Notes under the pieces: model-generated
Database searches by the model: none
Told to the model about the DNA's origin: nothing
What the model saw: the letters and a program-made list of their open reading frames with translations, nothing else
Position numbers and translations under genes: made by a program
In this document: piece after piece, positions 10,302 through 26,700 of the stretch
How positions within the stretch are numbered: the stretch's first letter is position 1
How the letters are laid out: each line of letters opens with the position of its first letter
Origin: a virus
Strand: one strand, 5' to 3'
IMG/VR virus record: IMGVR_UViG_3300049489_001303
Location: 106,145-170,144 of that record
DNA length: 64,000 nt

Positions 10302-10733
10302 TTAAACCATGTCCACAAGGACACGTCCATCGAAAGGTGTAGAATACACCCAGATGTCTGATGCCTCATTCACATTCAGGCTGTTGTTTTTGTCCAGGTA
10401 CACCCGCTCGTTGTCCACACCGTCGGTCATGTTGATGTGTGGGACCGTAAACGTGTCGAGGAACAGCACCTTACCCGCCAACACCGCTGCGTTTCTGTCT
10501 GCAGAGATGTCTGGATTCACCAGGTCCGCGGGGGAGGGGAGGCGGTTCCAGGTGTCATCCGCCGGAGTGGCACCCAGATTCCATACGTCCTTGGTGCCCG
10601 TGTCTACGCGGCACCAGATATACGTCGGAGCAGCCCAGGCTGTTTCTACCGTATGCAGGGTTCCAGACTTTACACCAGCGGCTACTTTGGTCCAGGTGTC
10701 CTTGGGGCATGTTACATAAACGGGATTTGCCAT
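10302..10733 (-). CDS. Small virion-type protein, paralogue of 10014-10292
   Basis: 143 aa, GAGG RBS; shared N- and C-terminal motifs (IWVY..FDGRVLVD vs IYVW..FPGKIRVD). Confidence 0.65.
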   Translation of the reverse strand: MANPVYVTCPKDTWTKVAAGVKSGTLHTVETAWAAPTYIWCRVDTGTKDVWNLGATPADDTWNRLPSPADLVNPDISADRNAAVLAGKVLFLDTFTVPHINMTDGVDNERVYLDKNNSLNVNEASDIWVYSTPFDGRVLVDMV

Positions 10734-10742
10734 TTTAATTCC

Positions 10743-13523
10743 TCACTTCGAGTAGAGAGTGCGGCTTCCCAGCGCGTCAATCTCGTAATGTGTGCCGTAG
10801 TTGATCAGGAATACATCCCCGGGGAACGTGTCCTGGCTGCTGCGCGAAAATGACGTCAGGTTCTCCTGCGAAACACTATTGCTCACGGGCTGGTACCCTG
10901 TCAAGTTGCTCCAGTCAGCTGAGTCATCAATGGGAACCAGATAGTGTCCATACGCCGGGTAGGTCATGGAAGCTGTCCAGGTCACGTCGAACGTATGCGT
11001 GTTATTGGTGAACACCCCAGTGCCTACCGGATCCACTTCTGTGGCTCCAATGTAGTGAATACCCGCCGAATAGATCTCCACGATGAACCTGATAGTCTGC
11101 CCAGCTATGATGTCCTGGTTAGTCGTGATATGCACATGTGGATATACCTTGCTCCCCACCAGCCAATTGTGCTGCATAGGCACATTGAAGCTGGCAGACT
11201 GCATGATTCCAGGCTCGAAGGCCAGCAACTGAACGCCTCGGGAAATATCGTTACCTACAGGGCCCACCACCCAGCTGGGAGATCCGGCCAATACCAGAGC
11301 ACTGCCGGTCAGGGTGTTGGCCACAGACGTTCCAGCGCCTTCTTCCATGCGCCAGATACCTACCGCGGTGGGGCCCGACGGAATAGTATACGTGCCGTGT
11401 CCATCATTGTAGCGGCTCAGAACGTTTGCGGGAGACATCACCGTGGAGTACACCGCCACGTTCGTGATAGCCGCGTCCGCCGAATACTGCACAGCGCCAC
11501 CATTGGCAGCAAAACCACCCACCGTGATGGGCGAGTTGAAGTTGAACGTAGCCGCCGTGAGTGCTGTGGACTTACCGTTCACGTAGAGCAGTGCTGTGTT
11601 TCCGGTTGTGGTGAGCACCAGGTGGTTCCAACGATTGAGCGCCAAAGGATAAACTCCGTTGACTGCCGTGCCACCGTTGAAGCGTACATACGGTATTCTG
11701 GAGTTGTCCGGGGTTCCGATCTCAAGCCGCGATGTAGAAGCATTGTTATGCGCTGCGAAGTATACCTGCTGCCCCCGGATGTTAGTTGGTCGGACCCACA
11801 GGTCAATACTGTACGTGCCGCTGGTCAGGGCGTTCGTGAGCGCCGTGTATAGGGCAATGGTTCCGTACTTGCTGGTGGCGTTGAAATTAACAGCGTTAAG
11901 GGTTGTCCCCGAGGTCTGCAGTACAGTCTTGTAAACCGGGGGGTTAGCCTCATCAGTGGTCATTCCAGCAGCTGCAACGTAGTAGTCTTCAAATGTAGTG
12001 GCCTTACCATGCAACTGCATGGATCCGTCACCCTGCACTTCAAAGTAGTCCGCGCCCACGCCCACTTTGAGAATAGGATTGCTGTTCGCCGCGGGGGAAA
12101 TAATCTCGTACAGACCCGTCGCCGGGTTGAACTTGAGACGTGTTGAGGACGTATACGGCGTAACCACGCCGTTGATCGTGGTGCTCATTACAGGGTACAG
12201 ATTCAGGTTGGCCGAGGTGTCTGTACCGGACATCGTTGTGCCTGCGGGGCCTTCAGCGCCCGTAGCCCCAGTGGGGCCCGTGGCGCCCGTAGCACCAGTG
12301 GGGCCGGTAGCTCCTGTCGGGCCGTCCGCGCCGGTGGGGCCAATCAAGCCTTGTGGGCCAGTGGCTCCTGTGGCGCCTTTCGCCCCCGTAGCACCTGTGG
12401 GGCCCTGCGGTCCTGTGATATTGCCCACATCCGTAAAGGTATCCGGCAATGCGGTGCAGACATAGAGGTGACCGGAGTCCACCACGATGTAACCATCACC
12501 GAGGGTGTTACCTTCTGTAGGAAGATTCGCCGCAGTGGCCACGCTGCCTTTGATAACAACAGACTGGCCATCCTGGCCCGTTGGGCCAGTGGGACCGTCG
12601 GCGCCAGTTTCACCTGTGGGGCCGGTGGGGCCGGTTGCACCAGTTGCACCAGTGGCGCCGGTGGCGCCGGTTGCACCCGTCGGGCCAGTGGCTCCGGTGG
12701 CTCCAGTAGCGCCAACGCCCGTGGCTCCAGTAGCTCCAGTGGGACCTGTGGGACCAGTGGCTCCCTGAATACCCTGCAACCCTGTATCACCGGTGGGACC
12801 TGTGGGGCCGGTGGGGCCTGTTCCACCTGTGGCACCCTTAGCAGCTACCAGTTCCCAGTAGTTCGTGTCGGTAACGGGGTTTCCCGTTGAGGGTGTAGCA
12901 AAAACATAGACGTAAGATGCTCCGTTGAACGTTACAACGTCCACATAGCGGTATTCGGTGCCGACGTCCCAAACTCCCATGGGCATCCACATAACCCCTG
13001 TAGCGCCGGTAGCGCCGGTGGGTCCCGTGTCGCCGCGGATGCCGCTGTCGGCGATTTCGTTGATGGCGCCGATAACGGAGGTAGCTGTAAACCCCGGGTC
13101 GAGACCGGTAACCCCCGGCTCAGTAAAGGGTATAGGGTCCGCAAGATTGCCCATGTCTGCAGTATGGAACTGTACAACGTCCGCTCTTAAGGAGGTTGTG
13201 GCTACGCCGAAGCGTACGTCCGTAGTAACCTCTGCCCAATTGGAATCTGTGCTGGCGGACAGCCTACAGGATAGCATCAGATCAGCGCTGTCTTCATATA
13301 TTGTGCAGTCCAGACCTGCATTATTATCCCCGGAGCCTGTTCGCGCCATTACAGTAGCATACGCGTTACGTACTTCAGCCCCTACAGGGGTTTCTGCGGT
13401 ATTCTCTGCCAGGAGCAAAGCTTCAACAGCGTCTGTAGTCTCATTGAATTCAGCTACAAGCGTGACATCCTGGCTCACACTGATTTCACCACTGAACCCC
13501 GTATTATTACCCAAGTTAGCCAT
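10743..13523 (-). CDS. Collagen-like fibre protein with LamG/ConA-like lectin domain
   Basis: G-[PA]-T triplet runs; CBM-like '[24 protein letters not shown]'; LamG-like '[30 protein letters not shown]'. Confidence 0.85.
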   Translation of the reverse strand: MANLGNNTGFSGEISVSQDVTLVAEFNETTDAVEALLLAENTAETPVGAEVRNAYATVMARTGSGDNNAGLDCTIYEDSADLMLSCRLSASTDSNWAEVTTDVRFGVATTSLRADVVQFHTADMGNLADPIPFTEPGVTGLDPGFTATSVIGAINEIADSGIRGDTGPTGATGATGVMWMPMGVWDVGTEYRYVDVVTFNGASYVYVFATPSTGNPVTDTNYWELVAAKGATGGTGPTGPTGPTGDTGLQGIQGATGPTGPTGATGATGVGATGATGATGPTGATGATGATGATGATGPTGPTGETGADGPTGPTGQDGQSVVIKGSVATAANLPTEGNTLGDGYIVVDSGHLYVCTALPDTFTDVGNITGPQGPTGATGAKGATGATGPQGLIGPTGADGPTGATGPTGATGATGPTGATGAEGPAGTTMSGTDTSANLNLYPVMSTTINGVVTPYTSSTRLKFNPATGLYEIISPAANSNPILKVGVGADYFEVQGDGSMQLHGKATTFEDYYVAAAGMTTDEANPPVYKTVLQTSGTTLNAVNFNATSKYGTIALYTALTNALTSGTYSIDLWVRPTNIRGQQVYFAAHNNASTSRLEIGTPDNSRIPYVRFNGGTAVNGVYPLALNRWNHLVLTTTGNTALLYVNGKSTALTAATFNFNSPITVGGFAANGGAVQYSADAAITNVAVYSTVMSPANVLSRYNDGHGTYTIPSGPTAVGIWRMEEGAGTSVANTLTGSALVLAGSPSWVVGPVGNDISRGVQLLAFEPGIMQSASFNVPMQHNWLVGSKVYPHVHITTNQDIIAGQTIRFIVEIYSAGIHYIGATEVDPVGTGVFTNNTHTFDVTWTASMTYPAYGHYLVPIDDSADWSNLTGYQPVSNSVSQENLTSFSRSSQDTFPGDVFLINYGTHYEIDALGSRTLYSK

Positions 13524-13578
13524 TGAGGTCTCCTATATCCAAGCAAAGGATCTGCTTCTATTATACTACAAAACGTTC

Positions 13579-14700
13579 TCAACCTATGTAAGAACGTGCC
13601 ACGGGGGCCGCGCCGCCGCCTGTGGGTATGTTCTCTACCGTGAAGACTCCGCGGAAGGCGGGGAGTCCCATGTTGCTTCCCATCCGTTCGTATACCGCGA
13701 TGCCCTTACCGGGATACAGCACGGTCTCACTCAATGTGTTCTGTCCGAACATTGAATACTTCGCGGCGTTCTCGATTGTCTGGTTGAAGGGGATCGCCGC
13801 GTCCTGTGCCTGATGGAACCAAGCCACTGAACGAACCAGGGGCTTTGTGACCAAGCCACCCTGATTAGCGCCGGCGCGGGTTGTGGCAACCGTAGTCATG
13901 ACTTTTACAGTGGACGGCAATGGAACCGCGCTGTCCATGGGGATCACATCTTCAGCCCCACCTGTGGTCGGGTCTATGTTATCGATGAATTCAACTTCAA
14001 ATTTGTTCTGAACCGCAAGTCCAATTTCAATAACCGTGATGCGCTCGATCTCCACAGGGTATGTCGAGTCGGCGTTGAAGATCGTCCACATCGGAAAGCC
14101 TCGGATGACGGACACTTCCGCGCTGCACCAATATGTCAGCGAATTCTGACGAAACCTGACACCTATACCGTAAGCCATAGGAAAACTGTTACCGGGCATA
14201 TCCAGGCAGAGGCCTTGATTCTGATTCAGGGTGATCGGCTGAACCTGACCCACTACACCTGCTTGCCGGTCGTAAACTTCCGAGCAACATGGGAACTGCC
14301 GTGCGCTTCCCGGCAATGCAACTGTGGCCATTGCCAGTGGTAGACACTGGATACTACGGACAAGGCTGTTTGCCGTGAGTGTCACGCTGTCCGGATTCGC
14401 GCAGACAGTTACGTTCGTAGGGTCGGCGTTGTTCGAGTCCATCTTCAGCGGGGTAGCCGGCCGCCCTGACCCCACTGTGACTGCGCTGATGCGCTGCAGT
14501 TGGGCGCTGCCGCCGGAAAGACTTGTGCCTGGATGATTTCCAAAAACGTCGATCTGCTTGATGCGGACGATCTTGCCGGAAGATCCAGTATTGTAGATAG
14601 CGAACGCCGCAGAGTTCTGCATAAACCCCAGCACGTTATCAACATTCTGTCCCCAGATTGTCTGATACGGCCGGATGTTGAATGCGTAGCTGTCAGCCAT
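13579..14700 (-). CDS. Beta-rich virion protein with two tandem copies of a domain shared with 14707-15225
   Basis: TPLKMDS/VIPMDS and QPITLNQNQG/TVLYPGKG repeats; matches ITPVTHD and QPLTLRQNE of the neighbour. Confidence 0.6.
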   Translation of the reverse strand: MADSYAFNIRPYQTIWGQNVDNVLGFMQNSAAFAIYNTGSSGKIVRIKQIDVFGNHPGTSLSGGSAQLQRISAVTVGSGRPATPLKMDSNNADPTNVTVCANPDSVTLTANSLVRSIQCLPLAMATVALPGSARQFPCCSEVYDRQAGVVGQVQPITLNQNQGLCLDMPGNSFPMAYGIGVRFRQNSLTYWCSAEVSVIRGFPMWTIFNADSTYPVEIERITVIEIGLAVQNKFEVEFIDNIDPTTGGAEDVIPMDSAVPLPSTVKVMTTVATTRAGANQGGLVTKPLVRSVAWFHQAQDAAIPFNQTIENAAKYSMFGQNTLSETVLYPGKGIAVYERMGSNMGLPAFRGVFTVENIPTGGGAAPVARSYIG

Positions 14701-14706
14701 TCGATT

Positions 14707-15225
14707 CTATTCCTTCGTGAACTCAATCCAGGTGTCGAGCAAGCCCACCGCGCCGGTCGTGTTGTAGACAGCCACCAGCTCATTCTGTCGAAGTGTCAAC
14801 GGCTGCACGTTGCTGTCGCCGTATCCCGCATCCCAGATGATGTTCAGCGGCACCATTGTTTCGAGCTCATCGAGCGTACCTGTCGAGATCGCTGCTTCGT
14901 CCGATGACCAGAACACACGGCGAAGAAGTGTCGATGTTCCAGCCAATGTTCCGGCATGCGCATACGTTGCAGTAGTAGGTGCGCTGTTCGTGGTGTCATG
15001 TGTCACCGGAGTAATCGCCGTGCCAGCCACCGAAAACGAAGCACCCGTGTATCGCCGCAACTCCAACTGGCACAATACACCCGTCACAGATGCTGTCTGC
15101 GCATTAAGCAGCCCTACGCGCCGCACTTTCAGAATTTCAGAAGCATGTGCATTCAGCACCGCACCCATGTTTTTACCGGCTGCGAACGCGATACCAGAAT
15201 AATATGCTGTCCATGTCTGTGCCAT
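14707..15225 (-). CDS. Beta-rich virion protein (single-domain paralogue)
   Basis: 172 aa, AGGA RBS; motifs shared with 13579-14700. Confidence 0.6.
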   Translation of the reverse strand: MAQTWTAYYSGIAFAAGKNMGAVLNAHASEILKVRRVGLLNAQTASVTGVLCQLELRRYTGASFSVAGTAITPVTHDTTNSAPTTATYAHAGTLAGTSTLLRRVFWSSDEAAISTGTLDELETMVPLNIIWDAGYGDSNVQPLTLRQNELVAVYNTTGAVGLLDTWIEFTKE

Positions 15226-15228
15226 TGT

Positions 15229-15485
15229 TCAGTCCTTTGAATACAGAGTAGTCTCGTTGCGACCCTCATTTAAAATTGCCTGTTCCACTTTACCTGCCCG
15301 CAGATTCTCAATGGCTGTGACCACTCGGTCCTTACGGTCTCCCGGGGGCATGGACGCTGCCATTTTTCCACGCGCATTCAGGGTGAACTGACAGACCCTC
15401 TTGAGCTGGATAGGCTCCAGCATTCGTGGTGTCTGGCAGATCCATACACCCCTGAGATCATTATACATCATGCGGATGTCATTCA

Positions 15486-15489
<4 letters not shown>
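15229..15489 (-). CDS. Hypothetical protein
   Basis: 86 aa; ATGA overlap with the upstream fibre gene. Confidence 0.55.
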
Positions 15490-21625
<6,136 letters not shown>

Positions 21626-21633
21626 CTTGCTAC

Positions 21634-21828
21634 CTACCCCTCCCAAAAAGTACCGTTCCACCGTTTTACCGGCGCAGACTCCCAGGCTGTGTTCGTGGCG
21701 TTCCTTCTCTGTACGTCCACCAACTCCCAGGCTGTGCCCGTCCACCGATAGACTCTACCAAGCTTCAAATTGATGTCAAATGAAGTAGTGGTTGGTTGTT
21801 CTTTCAGCCATATATCGAAGTCCGCCAT
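21634..21828 (-). CDS. Small Trp-rich structural protein
   Basis: 64 aa, repeated RWxGTxW motifs; coupled to the upstream gene. Confidence 0.55.
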   Translation of the reverse strand: MADFDIWLKEQPTTTSFDINLKLGRVYRWTGTAWELVDVQRRNATNTAWESAPVKRWNGTFWEG

Positions 21829-23783
21829 TACTGCCTCGTTGGAGTACCATTGGCACTTCTTCCTATCCGTGTTGCACTTTCATACCCTACTGTGTATTTA
21901 GCTCTGGGGTCAAATACATACGTTGTATATGGGCCATTACCGGTTCGGGTGGTTGTTGTGAGACACTCGTCCGTAGTGGCGTCATGATATTTAATGGTGA
22001 CCGTGCCACCCGCAGATTGGAAAACCTGGCCCATTATCTGGAAGTAGTGGCCGTGGTAAGACACCCAGTGCTCAAAACTCTTGTACGCCGTGCTGATAGT
22101 GTCTGCCTTCCAGTACCTGGCACCCTCTACAGCTAAGCGTTTGCTGTCATAGTCACCATCGAATCTATCGAAGAGGTCTGTAGCGTCGGCATACACCGAT
22201 TTTCTCCCGAGCTCCGGATCTGTGCTCAGAGTGGTTGAAATAATAGTTCTGTAACCCCCACCAGACCCCTCACCAGCATTCTGGGATACAGCAATGTTGG
22301 TGCCGTTCTGGGTTAGAGCGCTTTCGGTTTCCATCAGAACGCCCGCACTGATAATCCCATAGTAGGTCTCTGGAATATCCAGCAGAGTGGGAGAGCCTAT
22401 AGCTATGGCGGTCCCGTCAGCGGCTGTTGCGTACGTAAGCTTTTTGATTGTTTTTGCGTGAACACCTGTGCCGCCAGTGGTAGCTTTATCCGATGTGTAG
22501 TTCAGATAAATAATACCGCACACGTTGGTGTACACGGCTAAGGATGCCGAATAGGAATCAATGGTTATAGTGATTGCATTATCAGAAATAGAGGCCCCAG
22601 CACCTTGTGCGCCGCCAGAATCAAACCTCTGGGTCAATGACACCTGTCCACAAGTCACTGACCCGGCATTTGTAGTATACGTTCTATACGCCTGGCTTCC
22701 TATCGCACAGGATTGATTAGCTGCAGATACCGCACTGGAATAGATCATAACACCACTCTGCACCAGTGTTAAGGACCCCGGTTCACAGAGATTAAAGGAT
22801 CTACTATACCGGCTTTTATAACCGCTGCTATTGTACAGATTCACGTCTTCAAAATGCCACGGTATCGCCAATGAATTAATTACTGTAGAAGTAGTGGCTT
22901 CAGTGTATTCATAAGTGACAACGAGCACCACACACAGATTATTGTAGCCCGCAACGCCCGCCATCTTAGCCATAAAAGCATGCGTGCCGTTCGTCGTCAT
23001 ATCACTTCTTGTCCATATCAACGTATCAAAACAAGAAGAGTTATTTGCATTTTCATTGGGGCTGAAGGAGAAACCTGGTGTTTCAGCATCTAACGCAACC
23101 GTCAGGGTGGTGTCTGTGGTTGCACCTATGGCCTCATTCCCGCTTATCTCAAAAAACTTACACCGATACGCAGTGGTGTCCTCAGGCAAAAATGTATCCA
23201 GATTGGGTATCTGATTCGTTCCTATCTGCGTGAGTGTGGTGAGTGGAACGGTGTCCGTATGACTCTCAAGAGGTATACGTACTGTTTTGATTCTTGTTGT
23301 AGCACCTGAGGTGTCATCATACGAATAGGTAATGACCAACTTAGCCGAGATATTGGTTAGTATCACTGGATTTGTTGCTGAGCTGGTAGCAAACTGGAAC
23401 CCTACTTGTACTGCTTGACTGCTGCCTGTAAATTGTGCCGTGAATCTGGCCGTAACGTCTCTTTTCCAGATGTAACTGATCTGCTCACCTGTGTCAGTCA
23501 TTGTGTCCGTTACTGTTACGTCATCAAAAGCATTGGCACCAAACTTAATACCTATAAGCCAGCTGGATAGGGATGCTCTTGAAGACGTTGCAGACGAAGC
23601 GTCCCTTGCACAGATCTCTACGTAGGCGCTGATAAAAGTTCTGGACGTTGTTTCTGGGATATAGACGTTTAGCTGGGAGCCACCGTAATTCACAAAGTCA
23701 TGTCGCGTCGCTGCGGCTAGGGTGTATGCGGGTGACGTTCTAAGATCGAATGCATATTCAATTGTGTTTAATCTAGTTGCCAT
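21828..23783 (-). CDS. Thr/Ser-rich beta virion protein (fibre/receptor-binding associated)
   Basis: 651 aa in the fibre cluster; composition typical of virion proteins. Confidence 0.6.
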   Translation of the reverse strand: MATRLNTIEYAFDLRTSPAYTLAAATRHDFVNYGGSQLNVYIPETTSRTFISAYVEICARDASSATSSRASLSSWLIGIKFGANAFDDVTVTDTMTDTGEQISYIWKRDVTARFTAQFTGSSQAVQVGFQFATSSATNPVILTNISAKLVITYSYDDTSGATTRIKTVRIPLESHTDTVPLTTLTQIGTNQIPNLDTFLPEDTTAYRCKFFEISGNEAIGATTDTTLTVALDAETPGFSFSPNENANNSSCFDTLIWTRSDMTTNGTHAFMAKMAGVAGYNNLCVVLVVTYEYTEATTSTVINSLAIPWHFEDVNLYNSSGYKSRYSRSFNLCEPGSLTLVQSGVMIYSSAVSAANQSCAIGSQAYRTYTTNAGSVTCGQVSLTQRFDSGGAQGAGASISDNAITITIDSYSASLAVYTNVCGIIYLNYTSDKATTGGTGVHAKTIKKLTYATAADGTAIAIGSPTLLDIPETYYGIISAGVLMETESALTQNGTNIAVSQNAGEGSGGGYRTIISTTLSTDPELGRKSVYADATDLFDRFDGDYDSKRLAVEGARYWKADTISTAYKSFEHWVSYHGHYFQIMGQVFQSAGGTVTIKYHDATTDECLTTTTRTGNGPYTTYVFDPRAKYTVGYESATRIGRSANGTPTRQ

Positions 23784-23788
23784 ATCGT

Positions 23789-26700
23789 TTACCCATTATC
23801 TATCCAGATGTCGCCTGTTAAGACCCCTACTGTTGGAGCGGTACTCGCTATCGTTAGTTTATAAGTACTGATGCTAAGCTGTTCTACCTTGGTTTTGTCA
23901 GCTGCTGACATAAAACCAGCTACAGATATTGTAGCATCACTATGTGTATGATTTCCAGCAGCAAAATTAGTTGCACCAGTACCGGCAACCAGATTACCAT
24001 CATGCCATATTTTTCGCCAAGAAGTCCATACAGCACCATTATCAGTTCTTACATACCATTCATTCGTAGCCCAGTCACTCGCAATCTGCGTAGCGAAAGA
24101 GGCGTTATAGGCTAAGGTTAATAGCGTATGGGTTGTTCCAGGGGGCTTGTTCGTACTTCCAGTATAGTATGCAGTGATTCCGGTAGCGGCTCCATCATTA
24201 GCATCGGCTAATAATGCCAAATAGGCATTGGATAAATAGGCATGGGTGTGGGAAGATGCCGCTGCACCTACATCAGTATAGGTCAGTCCATGTGCTCCAA
24301 AAGCATATGTGGTGGCTCCGGTTGCTTTTAGAAAATGGCCAGTAGTTAATCCAGAAACTGAGTGTCCTGTTGTGTCTATTAAAGCATGCGCTGAGGGGGT
24401 TCTTGCGTTGGATAGTCTGCTGTCATCTCCAACACATGCGGTAGTACTGCTGGTTCCATAAGCAACTGAAATAGTCTTGGCCGCTGAGCCATCGAAGGTA
24501 GTCCCTGAACTGACTGTGATCCCAGTACTGAAAGTGAGAGCGTTGGCTACTGAATTAGCAGCGCCTCCGGCTGATGAGGATCCTGCGTAATTATGGGTGT
24601 GAGTACTGATTGAATATGTATTCGTATCTAATGTGAAGGTGTCCGCACCTGTATATTTAACAAAGGCAGCCGCGGTGTACGTCAATCCTGCGAGAGAGGT
24701 GAGCCCTGCGTCACTTGGCTGATAAGCGTGCGTGTGATCCCCATACGCTGCAGTTACATGGCTGGTGCCGAAACCGGGGAATGAAACCAATCCGCCCGCA
24801 GTACTTCTTACCTCATTGATTGACCCGACTATCGTTTTGTTGGTCGTAGCGAGTGCAGTATTGCTACTATCGCTGAACTTTATGGCTGCAGATAAATTAC
24901 CATCATTAAACAGCAACTCCCCAGCGTTTATTGTAGCTCTGGTATGATTGTCGTCACTATTCGTTATCGCATCATCCCTTTCAACCCTGATGTATGCGCT
25001 ACTAGGGGCATCAGTAAGATACAATTCTGAGTAGTTTACTGTTGTGCCTGTGGCGTAATAGGACTTAGCCCTTACTCCTGACTTTATAGCATAGTAATTA
25101 TTTTCAAGCGAGAACTCCGCCGTATACTGGTACGACTTAATATTCAGTATGGTTTCAGAGTTGTGCGCCGTAGTTTTATATTCCAGTAACGCTATACCTG
25201 TCCCGTCTACTGGGTTATTTCCTACGTTTACCGCCACAGTATTGCTTATGCTGGTGTTTTCATTGGCGCTCGTAATAGTTGCGGTGCTTCCAGCCGTATA
25301 CACATTCTGTAGCGTATGTGTGTGTGATGTAGTGGAATACGTGTTGGTATCCAACGCAAACTGGTTGGCCCCTGTCATCTTAACAAAAGAAGCTGAGGCG
25401 TAACTTAAAGAATTTAATCCACTAGCCCCTACTAGGTTTAATGCATTGGTCCATGTAGAACCAAAAGGAGTCGCATTGGTAACGAGCAACTGGTATTGTG
25501 CGCTACCTACTGGAACACCTCCGGAAGGAGTCTCCCATGTATACGTCCCTGCAACCGATCCGGCAGTTAAAACTTTACCCGTGTTGCCTGTACCGTTTAC
25601 GGGGACATGAAGATTACCGTCACCAGTGGGGTGTACGTAGTTATTTGCATTTGTAGCAATGCCATCGAGCTTTGTGATTTGGGCAGCAGTAGCTAAACCA
25701 GGTTGTGATGCAGTAGCGCTCTGGATAGTATCTCCAGTTATATGGCTGGCAGCATGTGCTGTAGGAGTACGTGAATTAGATAATCTGGAATCATCCCCCG
25801 CACAGAAATTGGTAGACCCTGTGCCTGCAGTTAGATTTGTGCTGTGCCATAGCTTTGACCATGCAGTCCAGACTGTGTTGTTCTGCACACGGACGTACCA
25901 CTCATTGGTTCTCCAGTCAGATGCCATTTGGCTAGACCATGCTGCACTATAATTCAAAGTCAGCAATGCGTGATCTGTACCAGGAGGCTTAGTCCCACTT
26001 GACGAACTGAGATAATAAGTGGTTATGCCTGCATTGTCTGCGTTATCCGCTTCTGCTAATGTCTGGCCTCCCAGGTAGGCATTCGACAAATAATTGTGAG
26101 TGTGGTTGCCTGCTGCATAGTTCGTAGCTCCAGTTCCAATGTTATTGTTATTGGTACTGTAGACTCGATTGGCACCTTCGTATAAAGCTGTGCCAACCAA
26201 GTTGGCGGGGTACGTTACATTCTTATCTGAATCCCACGTAAAGATGTTTCGATTTCCTGCAGGGTATCCACCCCACATTTCCATGCTTAAGAACCCTATA
26301 GCGCCAGCACTTGCCCATGTTGGCGTAAATACAAATTCAATATCAGTAGAGTGACCAACATATGTCGGAACAGGAATAAGCCAGACAGCTGGGAACTGCA
26401 CAAAGTAATGTCCAGGTGAAGCCATGTATGGTGCAGTATTGTCTGCCGTTACAGCAACCCATGTCCCCACATTGTTCTTTCTGTTGACGTGAACTTTCAT
26501 TTGGTGTCCACCGCCATCAACATAGAAATAAGCCATAGACACTGAGAAATAAGAAGAGGCCGCAATCCTGATTCTATAACTGATCGCTGCCGTAGGAATA
26601 ATGCCAACATTGCTAGAGTTAAGGCCTGTTGTAAAGTTTTTAATTTTAGCAGTAGTGGGAACTGTGTCAGTAATCCAGTCCGTTCCATTCATTGTATATT

